From the IMG/VR virus record IMGVR_UViG_3300025012_000028, positions 150,554 to 214,553 of that record: DNA of 64,000 bases, one strand, 5' to 3'. Positions 20,201 through 29,401 of the stretch are shown in pieces. The notes under the pieces are model-generated. The model made no database searches, was not told the DNA's origin, and worked only from the letters and a program-made list of their open reading frames with translations. Positions within the stretch are counted from its first letter, which is position 1; every line of letters begins with the position of its first letter. The translations under genes and the position numbers were made by a program.

Positions 20201-20219
20201 CAGATATTTTCTTTGCCAT
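17217..20219 (-). CDS. Tailspike with two tandem pectate-lyase-like beta-helix modules
   Basis: KKIS head; VNVKTRGAVCDG.TDDRAAIQA and VNVKWFGAK.DG.DDSAAAQAA; tail-fibre repeat linker. Confidence 0.85.
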   Translation of the reverse strand: MAKKISEFNEATIPLSGLEKVPIVQNGNSVKTSINSLTKAVQDQIDTHAVNVKTRGAVCDGITDDRAAIQAVLDSETSILLPAWCKISAPLTLRDGHRIFGVSPLDSGLIKADFDGPALLGVDTDWVYLSNFGIDGPGQWVGTGNKGIDIHVSSQEILTNLTVRNVHLRYLNDISLYVGTGAFCTYDQVKIFQGGYAGIFIDGGDGHTFISSSVRDIILGVYLYGPTTVNINGTYIEQAGLGFWLDGANAVTLSGSGVEANINRSAEFPGRSYRISGGEGNSIISGMSRQDTIGAAAAPDAQHLLIDGNASRTTILSFRKINSETYPPTTEVDVAAALEPVLVGPHNFDPSKVVGGLKFGDIVSTSELSSSTTSNSTTTAANSAAVKAVQDAMDGLVVTNLTALRGITNGTVPSIYLENHTSAGDGGGGHFRWVSGASPGTYTDNNGTVIVPTGGDGSAAWLRDYTGAVNVKWFGAKYDGSDDSAAAQAAIDVQAALNGGSVFVPRGVTWWRDVELKSKVHLIGDGSASSKIRFKPSGDDAADALLYVIRWTGAYGSIHGLTVDGQAGGGLFSVGSGIYIAQGVDNTYSRTLSDTRVEFFAGHRSGAAGGVYGLREEFAADDIRDSGTGAHLLSGGHGVVVSNDEGYASNLVIEGLIVQRVDGSGLDLGKANDSKLSKIQIGGAMHWGLAARFANKNIQYSDIKVFLSRRLNISTTGSSVDIVPYFGTAANDFEGAVILTGANHQGTIEAQENGSHGFRLGNSSYGMYASTLDMTVDGNGGYVSGTPAVRYGVVLGNYYMLNLRVNGDDLRSKQGIGRQSRAIFASTPISYTNLTNIEVGGWYKILNNTDADFTPLQVGYVSTSNAVGTIFQAREATPGAGLSGSTVFGSGSLVSVHDGIIMMATIINQYEQDQGTGDGYLLTNDGGVYSTFIINGLVKSSNLGTAAYTPTTDYVSAFPLTSATPTVNGEMTFELTDNTTLTVKVKGSDGTVRSTTLTLV

Positions 20220-20819
20220 TTAGATAAACCCCTTTGAAGCAATAAAATATGCGTCCGTCAAATCCCATCTACCACTACTCATAGAGTATTTAGAAAATTC
20301 ATTTTGAATGTTTTCAGGAAGCTTACAAAAAGTTCTAAATTTTATGTTGGTAGATAAGATCAAATCAATATTATCTTTAGAAAATTGTAGTTTATCTTTT
20401 CTAGTCATTTCTTTATAACCGGCCTTTTCTTTGAGAGAAAGCAATTCTTTTTTTGTAAGACCTAACTCTTTATTCTCTACCTTGGAAAATAGTGGTGACC
20501 GCCATTCCATCACTTTAAAAACCTTCAAAGGTATAGTGGGAAAATCTTGTTTAATTTTGATACGCAAATACCAGTTCTGCCCCGCAATAAGATCCTTTTC
20601 GCCGGAAGGAGAATCATATGATAAATCTTCTAACGTCAACATATCCGGTTTGCAAAATGAAATGAAACTACAAATTTCATTTATATTATGAATTAATAGT
20701 GCTTCATCATTCAAATCTTTAGATGATGATTGAATGAGTTTATAATCAAACAAATTTTTATCTTCTAATAAACAAAGTCCAGAAGATCGTAATGACAAAT
20801 CTATACCTAAAATCCTCAT
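20220..20819 (-). CDS. ruvC: RuvC-like Holliday junction resolvase
   Basis: ILGIDLS..SSG, LTLED, DLTDAYFIA. Confidence 0.75.
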   Translation of the reverse strand: MRILGIDLSLRSSGLCLLEDKNLFDYKLIQSSSKDLNDEALLIHNINEICSFISFCKPDMLTLEDLSYDSPSGEKDLIAGQNWYLRIKIKQDFPTIPLKVFKVMEWRSPLFSKVENKELGLTKKELLSLKEKAGYKEMTRKDKLQFSKDNIDLILSTNIKFRTFCKLPENIQNEFSKYSMSSGRWDLTDAYFIASKGFI

Positions 20820-21373
20820 ACTCTTATGTCTACCATATTAAGTTTTATTTCCGTATCTACTTCTTCTGATAATACTTGATCAATCATATTGCATCTTACT
20901 GCCCATTTACTTTGTACATATGAGAAAATTGATCCGATCATTTCTTTAAATTCAACAAAAGATAGTTGTTGTGTATTATTATCTGCATCACGTATACTCA
21001 TAATTTGATCTGGATTTAATTGCCAAACCATCAAAAGTTTTACCCAATCTATTTGTGCTTCATTTGTAATATCTATATTAAATGTTTTGTTTGTAGATAA
21101 TTCAATTTGTAACTTATAAAGTAATGAATCGATATAATTGGTTTTAATGTTGACCACTTTTTTATTTTTTAAAATATTTAAAGGAACCGGACTGGGGATA
21201 AATGGTTCTTTAACTCCGTTCTTAAATATCCATTTACCTTGTTCAGAAATAAATGATCCCCAATCTTCATCAGATATATTTATTGCTTCTATTGGAATGT
21301 TCGTTGGATCATGTGTATCATCTGAAAAAAAAGCTTGTGGATGACCATCTTCATCAAAAATACCAAATTTCAT
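20816..21373 (-). CDS. Tail fibre assembly chaperone-like (DUF4376-like)
   Basis: FF...H..IP.EAI.ISDE.W; RDADN...LS; follows fibre gene. Confidence 0.7.
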   Translation of the reverse strand: MKFGIFDEDGHPQAFFSDDTHDPTNIPIEAINISDEDWGSFISEQGKWIFKNGVKEPFIPSPVPLNILKNKKVVNIKTNYIDSLLYKLQIELSTNKTFNIDITNEAQIDWVKLLMVWQLNPDQIMSIRDADNNTQQLSFVEFKEMIGSIFSYVQSKWAVRCNMIDQVLSEEVDTEIKLNMVDIRV

Positions 21374-21382
21374 AAAAACTCC

Positions 21383-22528
21383 TTAATACCCTATCGCAAA
21401 TATTGTTGCCCATGAATTTACTGTATCATTACCAGCAATTGATTGTCTTGTCACAACCACAGAACTTGTTGTGGGGGTTCCAATTATCTGGAATACAACG
21501 TCTCCACCTACTGTATATGAAGCTATCGAAGTTCCTACTATTGCAGTCAGACAAGCATTAGGAAAGGCAATAGGAAATGTGATTGTCTGTGCTGCCGATT
21601 CGCCCCCAGGTGTTACCTCCGCTGAAACACACCACTGTAATATAACACCGCTTGGAAGTTTCTGGTAACCAAAATTACCCACAACATCTTTCTGAAAATC
21701 TGTCAAATCGAGTGCATCAGATACCATTTGAAAATCTGAGATTGGTTTGCCATTAAAAAAATTAGCATCCAATCCAGATCCCACACCATCAACACTTTTA
21801 ATTTTTGTCAATAATGATGTTGGTGTATCAGCCAAAGCAATAGGAACCCAACTTGAACCATCACCAGTTATTTTCCACGAATATATGCCGATAGGATCAT
21901 AAAATGAATCATGAGAATACTTGACATTCTCTAAAAAGAAATGTTTATCCAATATATCAAATAATTCTAAACTTCCTTTTGATAACGAAAGTTTTTTGAT
22001 TGTAATTTCATTATCACCACTATAATTATTTTTAATCTTAAATGAAATATTGGAAAAGACTTCTGAGGTTTTAAATAAGAAATAATTATCGTATGATGTA
22101 ATTAAATCAGTGGGTGTAAAAGAAGTAGATAGAATACTGTTGTTAGATAAATTTATAAACCCAGAAGAGTTGGTAAGTTCAAATCCACAATTTTGTGATG
22201 CTTCTATACTTACAACAAGAAGATAAGTTGTAGATGGTTCTAACTTGTCTGTAATATCCTGTGAAATATATTGGTTTGTTGTTCCTGAAATAAAATTTAC
22301 CACAGAATAATATCCATCGATGTCAATATCAACAGAACCTGTGTCCGCTGCCACACTCCACCCAAAAGGTAGTGTATTACCATTTAAAAAGAATTTAAGT
22401 TTAGAGTTGATTAATAAATTTTGTAAAGAAGTTTTAGCCAAACCAGTAACTATTTGATTTAGATTATTTTTCAATCCAATTAATGATGTGGTCTGTGTGG
22501 ATAAATAATTCTCATTTATTTTTGACAT
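21383..22528 (-). CDS. Tail fibre protein
   Basis: LLTKIK.VDG.GSGLDA; C-terminal GYQKLPSGVILQW, ITFPIAFPN, FAIGY. Confidence 0.8.
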   Translation of the reverse strand: MSKINENYLSTQTTSLIGLKNNLNQIVTGLAKTSLQNLLINSKLKFFLNGNTLPFGWSVAADTGSVDIDIDGYYSVVNFISGTTNQYISQDITDKLEPSTTYLLVVSIEASQNCGFELTNSSGFINLSNNSILSTSFTPTDLITSYDNYFLFKTSEVFSNISFKIKNNYSGDNEITIKKLSLSKGSLELFDILDKHFFLENVKYSHDSFYDPIGIYSWKITGDGSSWVPIALADTPTSLLTKIKSVDGVGSGLDANFFNGKPISDFQMVSDALDLTDFQKDVVGNFGYQKLPSGVILQWCVSAEVTPGGESAAQTITFPIAFPNACLTAIVGTSIASYTVGGDVVFQIIGTPTTSSVVVTRQSIAGNDTVNSWATIFAIGY

Positions 22529-22538
22529 ATAATCCCCA

Positions 22539-24428
22539 TTAAATTATTAATGTAAATGATTCAACTGATGTAATGAATTTACGGTATAATGGTTGTTTGT
22601 TGGATAAATAAACAACTGTACCCAAATCCCATTGATGTGTAATAGGATTAAACAATCTATGTTCTATATCTTCTACATATGATATATCAGTACAGGTGAT
22701 TACTTCATTATCTATATTTAGATATTTAGGTTCGTGACATATTGCTATCTGTCTATATATCCCATCATAAATATCAAACAATTCGGAACTTTTGCCAAGT
22801 TGTACATCAACCATTATAGAAGTCATATCAAATTTTAAGGCATCTTCATAAGAAGAACAAAGAGCAAATTCGATTGATATATTGGTTGTTGATGGTTCAT
22901 GTAACATCACTTGTGGGTTAATTCTTGTGTCTGTGGTGGAAGGTATAATATCTATAGTTCCTAATGGTTTATCGACTCCAATATACATATTATTGTAGTC
23001 GATGGATGTGATTGTAAAGTAAGAAGATAAAGGGTAATATGTATTACTGGTTGTTTGTTTTCTAAACCTAATTTTATCTCCCACAATAAAATCGACAGAC
23101 CATAAATATAGACGCTTATCAGTGGAAAGATAAGGCGCACCATTTGGTTTTGGTCGGATATTGCCATACCTAATAATTCCTGAAGAGTTGAGAATATCGA
23201 TGGTGTGAATCTTTTTGGATGTGGTAGTAAAACCATAATCTTCAATATACTTTCGTTTTTCTTCTGAACTTCTTATCTCCCTCACAAACGAGAAGTTAGT
23301 ATATAAACTTCCATCTGTTGATGGATACTCTTTCTGTAACCGAATTAAGTTTTTTATATCGAAAAGACTAGCTTCAATATTACCATGTCTCAAATATGAA
23401 TTGGATAGGGATGGTGGAACAGCATCAGATACCGACGAAAAGTCATGAATTTTTTCATTGAAAATGGCTAAAGTATTATTGGGCGACTCGTAAGTTATTT
23501 TTAATGTAGCTTCTTGTGCCACAAAATCTTTGAAAGTGAAAATAATATATCTGATACCTTTCGAATCCACATTAAAGATATTATTGTTTATGTGTTTTAA
23601 ATATAAATTAGGTGAAATTTGTAAGTTGTTGGAATCGGCCAAATAAAAATAAAACCCAGAAGAGCTATTAGAAATATTAACATATTCCAAATATTCATTA
23701 TTAATCTTAGTAGTATTGATTGTCTCATCCAAACCAACTGTTCCAAATCCATTGTCAGACAATCCTTTGATCACCACTTCTCCCAATAAAGAAGTATACT
23801 TCACCAAATTTAAAACCTTCAAAGTATCAAACCTAGAAGAATGATTTGAGTCTGGGGGCGAACTCAATACTAACTTTACATTTTCTGTATATGAAATATA
23901 ATCTTCAGGTATTTCTTTAATCTTCACCATATTAGAAATTATGGGGTGAAGAGGATAAGTATCATTCTGATCCACAAAAATATAATATTTATTTCCATTT
24001 TCATTATTCAAAAACTCTGAATGGTTATATGGTAAACCTTTTATCGAACACCAACTATTATTCATATGAATTAGTGTTAGATTGACATCCTCTAATTCTT
24101 CAATAGAAGAATAATTATTCATATTTGAATTAAAATCGGATGTGGTAGATATTGTTTTATATATTCGGATCTTCGTAAATGATTGGGATATATCATAACC
24201 ACTACAATTCTTATCTACAAATAACCCATCAGTTTCGATTCCTGAAGCTAAAATGTCTGTGATGCTATCGACATTGGGTGGTAAAGAAATATTAATCAAA
24301 GCACAACTACCCCAAGCTTCTTCTGAACGTAGAAACGCAAGATAAAAATTTTCCTTTTCGAATTCTTTGAAAAGTAACTTAGTATTAGAATTTATATGCG
24401 ATCCAGAAATTTGATTATAGTTATTCAT
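22539..24428 (-). CDS. Baseplate wedge subunit, gp8-like (expanded)
   Basis: FYLAF.R..AW; YRQIAI..EP; G.VVY..NK.P..R...E...II. Confidence 0.6.
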   Translation of the reverse strand: MNNYNQISGSHINSNTKLLFKEFEKENFYLAFLRSEEAWGSCALINISLPPNVDSITDILASGIETDGLFVDKNCSGYDISQSFTKIRIYKTISTTSDFNSNMNNYSSIEELEDVNLTLIHMNNSWCSIKGLPYNHSEFLNNENGNKYYIFVDQNDTYPLHPIISNMVKIKEIPEDYISYTENVKLVLSSPPDSNHSSRFDTLKVLNLVKYTSLLGEVVIKGLSDNGFGTVGLDETINTTKINNEYLEYVNISNSSSGFYFYLADSNNLQISPNLYLKHINNNIFNVDSKGIRYIIFTFKDFVAQEATLKITYESPNNTLAIFNEKIHDFSSVSDAVPPSLSNSYLRHGNIEASLFDIKNLIRLQKEYPSTDGSLYTNFSFVREIRSSEEKRKYIEDYGFTTTSKKIHTIDILNSSGIIRYGNIRPKPNGAPYLSTDKRLYLWSVDFIVGDKIRFRKQTTSNTYYPLSSYFTITSIDYNNMYIGVDKPLGTIDIIPSTTDTRINPQVMLHEPSTTNISIEFALCSSYEDALKFDMTSIMVDVQLGKSSELFDIYDGIYRQIAICHEPKYLNIDNEVITCTDISYVEDIEHRLFNPITHQWDLGTVVYLSNKQPLYRKFITSVESFTLII

Positions 24429-24458
24429 TTAAACCTCAATATAAATATACTTTATTGT

Positions 24459-24466
24459 TATTTATA
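24459..24466 (-). promoter_or_regulatory. T4-type late promoter TATAAATA
   Basis: Exact consensus upstream of 24428 start. Confidence 0.75.
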
Positions 24467-24468
24467 AC

Positions 24469-24501
24469 AAAAAAACCTCCCATATCAATGGGAGGTTTTT
24501 T
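24469..24501. terminator. Intrinsic terminator (bidirectional)
   Basis: aaaaaaacctcccat-atca-atgggaggtttttt. Confidence 0.85.
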
Positions 24502-24521
24502 GAATTGTGGGGTTTTACAAA

Positions 24522-26855
24522 TTAAACCAATGTACCTTCTGATGTAAAAACAGGAGCTACATAGGACACGACACCACCAATAACGGTGTTGGTTGCGGTA
24601 GTATCTACAGTCACATTAGTTCCGGATATAGAGACTACTTTTTTTGATGTGGTTCCTCCAATCCCCGCTACAGTGATGAAGTTTCCAACAACAATACCGG
24701 ATGTACTATCTACCACGATCACATTGCTTCCTGCTGTGGTATTTCCTGTGGTATTTCCTGAGTTCAATGTTCCGGCAGTTCCAGCAGCAGTACATGTCCA
24801 TGCGCGTATTTGCCCCACTAAGGCGGGAGTTCGTACCACTCTATCATTAATTTTCCATGTGCCAGTAGTAGGAATTGCTGATTGATAAACTGTCCGATAT
24901 GCATTGGTAACTATAGTCGCATGACTTCCGCTGATAGATGATGCGATATTATTCAGTATGTAACTCTTACCAATACAATATATCACATCACTATAATTGC
25001 CTTTTAGAACATTATTGGTGATGATTGCGGTGGCATTAACGTCACCGCCCACTAACATAGAATATGAGTCATATGAATTGTTGGTGATTGTGTTACCATC
25101 AAATATTGACGTACCCGTCAAAGATGGGTTCAATACTACGGCACTATTGCCCCCATCAAAATGCGCCCCCATCACAGAACTATGCTCTGCATAAGCAATA
25201 TATAGAGTACGCTCGGTGTTTTTGAAGATACCACCTTGGATCTTGATATATGCGTTGGCCGATAATGATCTAAATCCGTTTCGCACTGTTGAGTTTAGAC
25301 CTACCTGTAAATTATGGAACTCCAACTTTTTATAGGTAGAATCGCTTTCTATCAACACCCCATATTCTGCATTATCCACTCTGACATTTGATATTATCAC
25401 GTTCTGTGTGGGGTAACCAACAAAGTAGAGTCCCTCTGTTCCTTTACCGACATAGACAGTCGGGGGGTCGGGTGGTACTGATGCGGGTGGAATAATTACT
25501 GTGGTGTCTGTGTAACCACTCCCACCATCATCGACAATGTAATTAACCACTTTATCACTTTCATCGCCCGTACCAAGCACAGCATGTATCTGTGCGATTC
25601 TTCCACCCGCTCCGTAAATGCGAACATTCGGCGCGGTAACATAACCCTCTCCTAACGTTACGGGCGTCACGGCAGTGACAGCATCACCTATTACCGTGGC
25701 AATTGCTGTAGCACCCGATCCACCACCATCATTTGCTAGGTAGCCAGAAATCCGCACGTTGTCGATAAAACCAACCACATTACCCGAAAACCGAATACCA
25801 TGTGTCGAGGTTGCTAACGTGTTTCGCATCCAACAATTGTTGATATTAAAGGTAGTTGTTTGGTAAGTGGTTGGGTCCATACCACCCACACTCATACAAT
25901 CCCTATAATGAGATCCATCAAATTTACATTCACTGATATTACAGTTTCTTGATTCCCACAAATAAATATTGGATCTAGGAGTACGTCCGAAATAACAGCG
26001 AGAAACATAAACATCGTTAGACATTGATGTAATGAACCCATACCCAACTCCAATGTCACCGGGAAGGTCTTTGATGATCATATCTACCATTTTAAATCCA
26101 TCTACTTTGTAGATATGAACTCCGGTCGTACCATTTGTTGTGGTAACTTCGGATATATTACCATCAATTGTTATTCCATATATGGCAATATTTTTGGTGA
26201 ACGACGATGGATCAGTATTTTCGTCCCAACTAATTGTGGTATCATTTCCTAAGAAGTACCTAGTAGTAGTATAACTCCCCGCCTCAAGTTTGAGTGTTGC
26301 ACCATAACCCATGATGGTGGTATTATCATATATGCGCAACAGATCACCACTGACAGTATAGGTTTTTCCTGATGTAAACTCCACTGTCTGTCCTGCTCCT
26401 GCCTTTAGTGCCTGAATTATTGCGGGGGCATCGTTAGTACCCTCACCTTTGGCACCAAACCACCCAACTTTAACTGTACCTTTTAATCCAGTTATATACC
26501 CTGTACCATCAAATTTTTGTTCGTCAGTCCATTTTGATGTACTGCCACCATAAAAAATGCTATGTGATCCATGAATTATCTTTGCTCCATTGAATGGAAG
26601 TAACTCGATGTTAGATTCAATTGATAGAGGAGCAGTAATTGGTAAATCTGTTTCATATACCAATGCAACTTTGGTTGTAGTTCCTATAGCACTGACTGCT
26701 GCGACTAAAGAACCATATTGAGCAACATTTACCCAAGGGTGAAGATCCTTCAATTTGGTATGGACGTTATCACCATCTTGAACTAACGGCAAAAGTTCTT
26801 CGCCAGTTAAGGAGGTCACGTTAGTAGTTTCTGAAATCTTCTTAGACATTATCAA
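24522..26855 (-). CDS. Tailspike, beta-helix
   Basis: KKIS head; VKVGWFGAKG.GTNDAPAI; beta-helix repeats; PTTGTW..DRV C-terminus. Confidence 0.85.
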   Translation of the reverse strand: MIMSKKISETTNVTSLTGEELLPLVQDGDNVHTKLKDLHPWVNVAQYGSLVAAVSAIGTTTKVALVYETDLPITAPLSIESNIELLPFNGAKIIHGSHSIFYGGSTSKWTDEQKFDGTGYITGLKGTVKVGWFGAKGEGTNDAPAIIQALKAGAGQTVEFTSGKTYTVSGDLLRIYDNTTIMGYGATLKLEAGSYTTTRYFLGNDTTISWDENTDPSSFTKNIAIYGITIDGNISEVTTTNGTTGVHIYKVDGFKMVDMIIKDLPGDIGVGYGFITSMSNDVYVSRCYFGRTPRSNIYLWESRNCNISECKFDGSHYRDCMSVGGMDPTTYQTTTFNINNCWMRNTLATSTHGIRFSGNVVGFIDNVRISGYLANDGGGSGATAIATVIGDAVTAVTPVTLGEGYVTAPNVRIYGAGGRIAQIHAVLGTGDESDKVVNYIVDDGGSGYTDTTVIIPPASVPPDPPTVYVGKGTEGLYFVGYPTQNVIISNVRVDNAEYGVLIESDSTYKKLEFHNLQVGLNSTVRNGFRSLSANAYIKIQGGIFKNTERTLYIAYAEHSSVMGAHFDGGNSAVVLNPSLTGTSIFDGNTITNNSYDSYSMLVGGDVNATAIITNNVLKGNYSDVIYCIGKSYILNNIASSISGSHATIVTNAYRTVYQSAIPTTGTWKINDRVVRTPALVGQIRAWTCTAAGTAGTLNSGNTTGNTTAGSNVIVVDSTSGIVVGNFITVAGIGGTTSKKVVSISGTNVTVDTTATNTVIGGVVSYVAPVFTSEGTLV

Positions 26856-26873
26856 TCCCTCTTAAAATATACT

Positions 26874-28625
26874 TTAGGTTTCATCTTCTAATATTATTTC
26901 GCCTGATTCTGTTGTCATCACATCACCATCTTCGGTTAAACATACACTTTGGAGAAAGGAGAAATCAGTTTCCAACATTAATTCTTCACCACTTATTTCA
27001 AAAATAAACGATCCATCATTTTCAGTTAACAAATAATTTTCAGACACAAACTCTTTTTGTATTGTATGAACAAAATCATTATTTATCAATGTGACCGAAA
27101 GAATGAACTCACCGGACAATAAAGATAAAGGAACTTCTGAGAAAAAGAGTGGATCGTTAGTCTGAAGTTCTTGAAACACATTTCCCGTATTTTTATTTAT
27201 GATCTTAAATAAATATTGTAATGCTACACCAGTCAGTAAATATTCCATACTGATATAATACATGTTTTCATTTTTGTTCATTATTTGAACTTTAAATTTA
27301 CTAGGTATATCTAGCAAAGATAATAGTTCAATATCATTATAATCATATTCAGTACTATAAATAGAAGGTTTGAAATTGATTCTATTATGTGTTTCAAAAT
27401 CCCCCACAGCAGCACCTTCATAATAATAAGGAACTGCTGTGGTTGTGCTAAGATTCTTATCCAGATATGAAACTGGATATTCTATCAATTGACCGATATT
27501 AGATTTGATGATGCTTTGTTCGTGTATCAGACCCATGATATTAATGTTGGGTAATATGGTAGAGGTATCAATGAAAATATATTCATCTCTCCACGAAACT
27601 GGATGGACAATATGCTTTATGTATTTTGTCCAATAAAACTTTGGTAGGTTGGATGTGATTCGGTATGTGAAATTCTTTTCACCTTCTTCCACTAAATAAA
27701 AATATCCACCCATTGCTTCACAAAACAGCCCGAATAAATTTTGTATGCCTACCAATACACCTTGTATAGAAGAGTGAAGCAGTTTGTGGTTATTAAATAA
27801 AAGTTTTTTTATTTCAATCACCAAATCTTGATTTGATGCTTGTTCTTCTAAAACAGTTATATAATTCTGATATCCATCCAAATATTGAGATATATATAAA
27901 GTCTCAAATTGTTTTGTAATATTTTCTTGGATTAATATTGGAGGTTCTATTTTTCCTTGGTGGTTGAGAGTGGGAGAAAATTGATAATTAAATTTATTTC
28001 CATTGAATATATCAGAAAAATTTTTCCGTTTGAATATGGGATTGATTGGGGCATTTGGAAAATTTATAACGAGTGACGTTTGATTTTCAGTGACAAAATC
28101 AAACGTCACTATATTTCGTTCATCGGACCACCCAAACATAATGTTAAAGTCGATATGAACCGAATAAATGGTTTGGTATTCGAAAATTGTTTTGGAGGAA
28201 ACCCCACCCTTTGGCCCACTCAATAAAGAAATATTTACAACACCACCCTCTATTTCGTTACATTGAAAAAGTAATTGAGTAGAATCTTTAATATTCTGTG
28301 GTATAAGTGTTTCTGTTTTTTTTCTATAAAGTTGAACTGCTAAATTTTCATTTTCACCTTCATATGAATAGAGAGTCTTATTTTTATTATTGGTTAAAAT
28401 AAACTGACTTAAAATGTCAGTTATGTTTGTAAATGTAGATAATATATAATTAACATCACCATATTGAGCTTCAAAGTATTGTGATTCTGCATCGTTCAAA
28501 AAAATGGAGAAAGAAAAATAATCTTCAACCAACAAATCTTTCGACAAGTCATTGTTAATTATTATTGTAAATTCTCTAAGGTTGTTTAAACTATCATATA
28601 AAGTAATCGGTACAGATATTGACAT
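26874..28625 (-). CDS. Baseplate protein (gp7-like position) with acidic LxTExG tail
   Basis: IKHIVHP motif; position between gp6 and gp8-like; C-terminal repeats. Confidence 0.5.
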   Translation of the reverse strand: MSISVPITLYDSLNNLREFTIIINNDLSKDLLVEDYFSFSIFLNDAESQYFEAQYGDVNYILSTFTNITDILSQFILTNNKNKTLYSYEGENENLAVQLYRKKTETLIPQNIKDSTQLLFQCNEIEGGVVNISLLSGPKGGVSSKTIFEYQTIYSVHIDFNIMFGWSDERNIVTFDFVTENQTSLVINFPNAPINPIFKRKNFSDIFNGNKFNYQFSPTLNHQGKIEPPILIQENITKQFETLYISQYLDGYQNYITVLEEQASNQDLVIEIKKLLFNNHKLLHSSIQGVLVGIQNLFGLFCEAMGGYFYLVEEGEKNFTYRITSNLPKFYWTKYIKHIVHPVSWRDEYIFIDTSTILPNINIMGLIHEQSIIKSNIGQLIEYPVSYLDKNLSTTTAVPYYYEGAAVGDFETHNRINFKPSIYSTEYDYNDIELLSLLDIPSKFKVQIMNKNENMYYISMEYLLTGVALQYLFKIINKNTGNVFQELQTNDPLFFSEVPLSLLSGEFILSVTLINNDFVHTIQKEFVSENYLLTENDGSFIFEISGEELMLETDFSFLQSVCLTEDGDVMTTESGEIILEDET

Positions 28626-28633
28626 AATTACCT

Positions 28634-29401
28634 TTAAATATCAGATTCCAGCATCTCAAGAAATGTTTTAGTTAGGTTGGGCATAAAATTATATTCTTCA
28701 AAATATTTTGGTTTGAACATATTCTTGTAAAATAAAGATGGATAATAATGATTGTCATTTAATAATATCGTTGTGGATGACTCTACTATCATATTATTTA
28801 TGATGAAAGGAAACTCAGAAGTTACGATACAATCACGCATTTCAACTTTAACTCCACTAATGACCACATCGAATAAAGGTGTCTCTTCATCATATAAAAA
28901 AATCTGTGACAAATTAAAATATGACCCACCATTGAGAAATTTATATAGTATTTCATACTCTTCTTGAGAAACCACGATTGGTATATTGTTCTGTGTATAA
29001 AAAGAAAATATTTGGTTATTATAATAATCGATCTTTATAATTTTCCCTTCCATCTTTTCTATTATTATTTGATCTGCCTCCTCCAAACCACTTTCATCTA
29101 ATGAAATTGATGAGAATTTATAATAATTAAATTTGCGCCATGTTATATTATCCAAGGAATAATAAAATGATACATCACCTACAAAATTGGACGAATACTC
29201 TAAATCAACAAACCGAATGGTTGAGGGTGCAGAAAGAAATAAAGTTAGATCGATATTTCTTACAACGGGTTCCGTGATAATTAGTTCTATTTCATCACGG
29301 AACCCATATTCACCTTCAATATTATCAACTTCGGTCATGTCCGCTGAGTATGTGGTGCAGTTTAATTTATTCTTTTGATTATAAACTAAATTAAGGATCA
29401 T
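28634..29401 (-). CDS. Probable baseplate structural protein
   Basis: In late operon; YYSLDNITW motif. Confidence 0.45.
   Translation of the reverse strand: MILNLVYNQKNKLNCTTYSADMTEVDNIEGEYGFRDEIELIITEPVVRNIDLTLFLSAPSTIRFVDLEYSSNFVGDVSFYYSLDNITWRKFNYYKFSSISLDESGLEEADQIIIEKMEGKIIKIDYYNNQIFSFYTQNNIPIVVSQEEYEILYKFLNGGSYFNLSQIFLYDEETPLFDVVISGVKVEMRDCIVTSEFPFIINNMIVESSTTILLNDNHYYPSLFYKNMFKPKYFEEYNFMPNLTKTFLEMLESDI

Noticed and set aside
24440-24447. + strand TATAAATA
   Set aside because: No downstream + gene and it runs straight into a terminator; likely chance in AT-rich DNA
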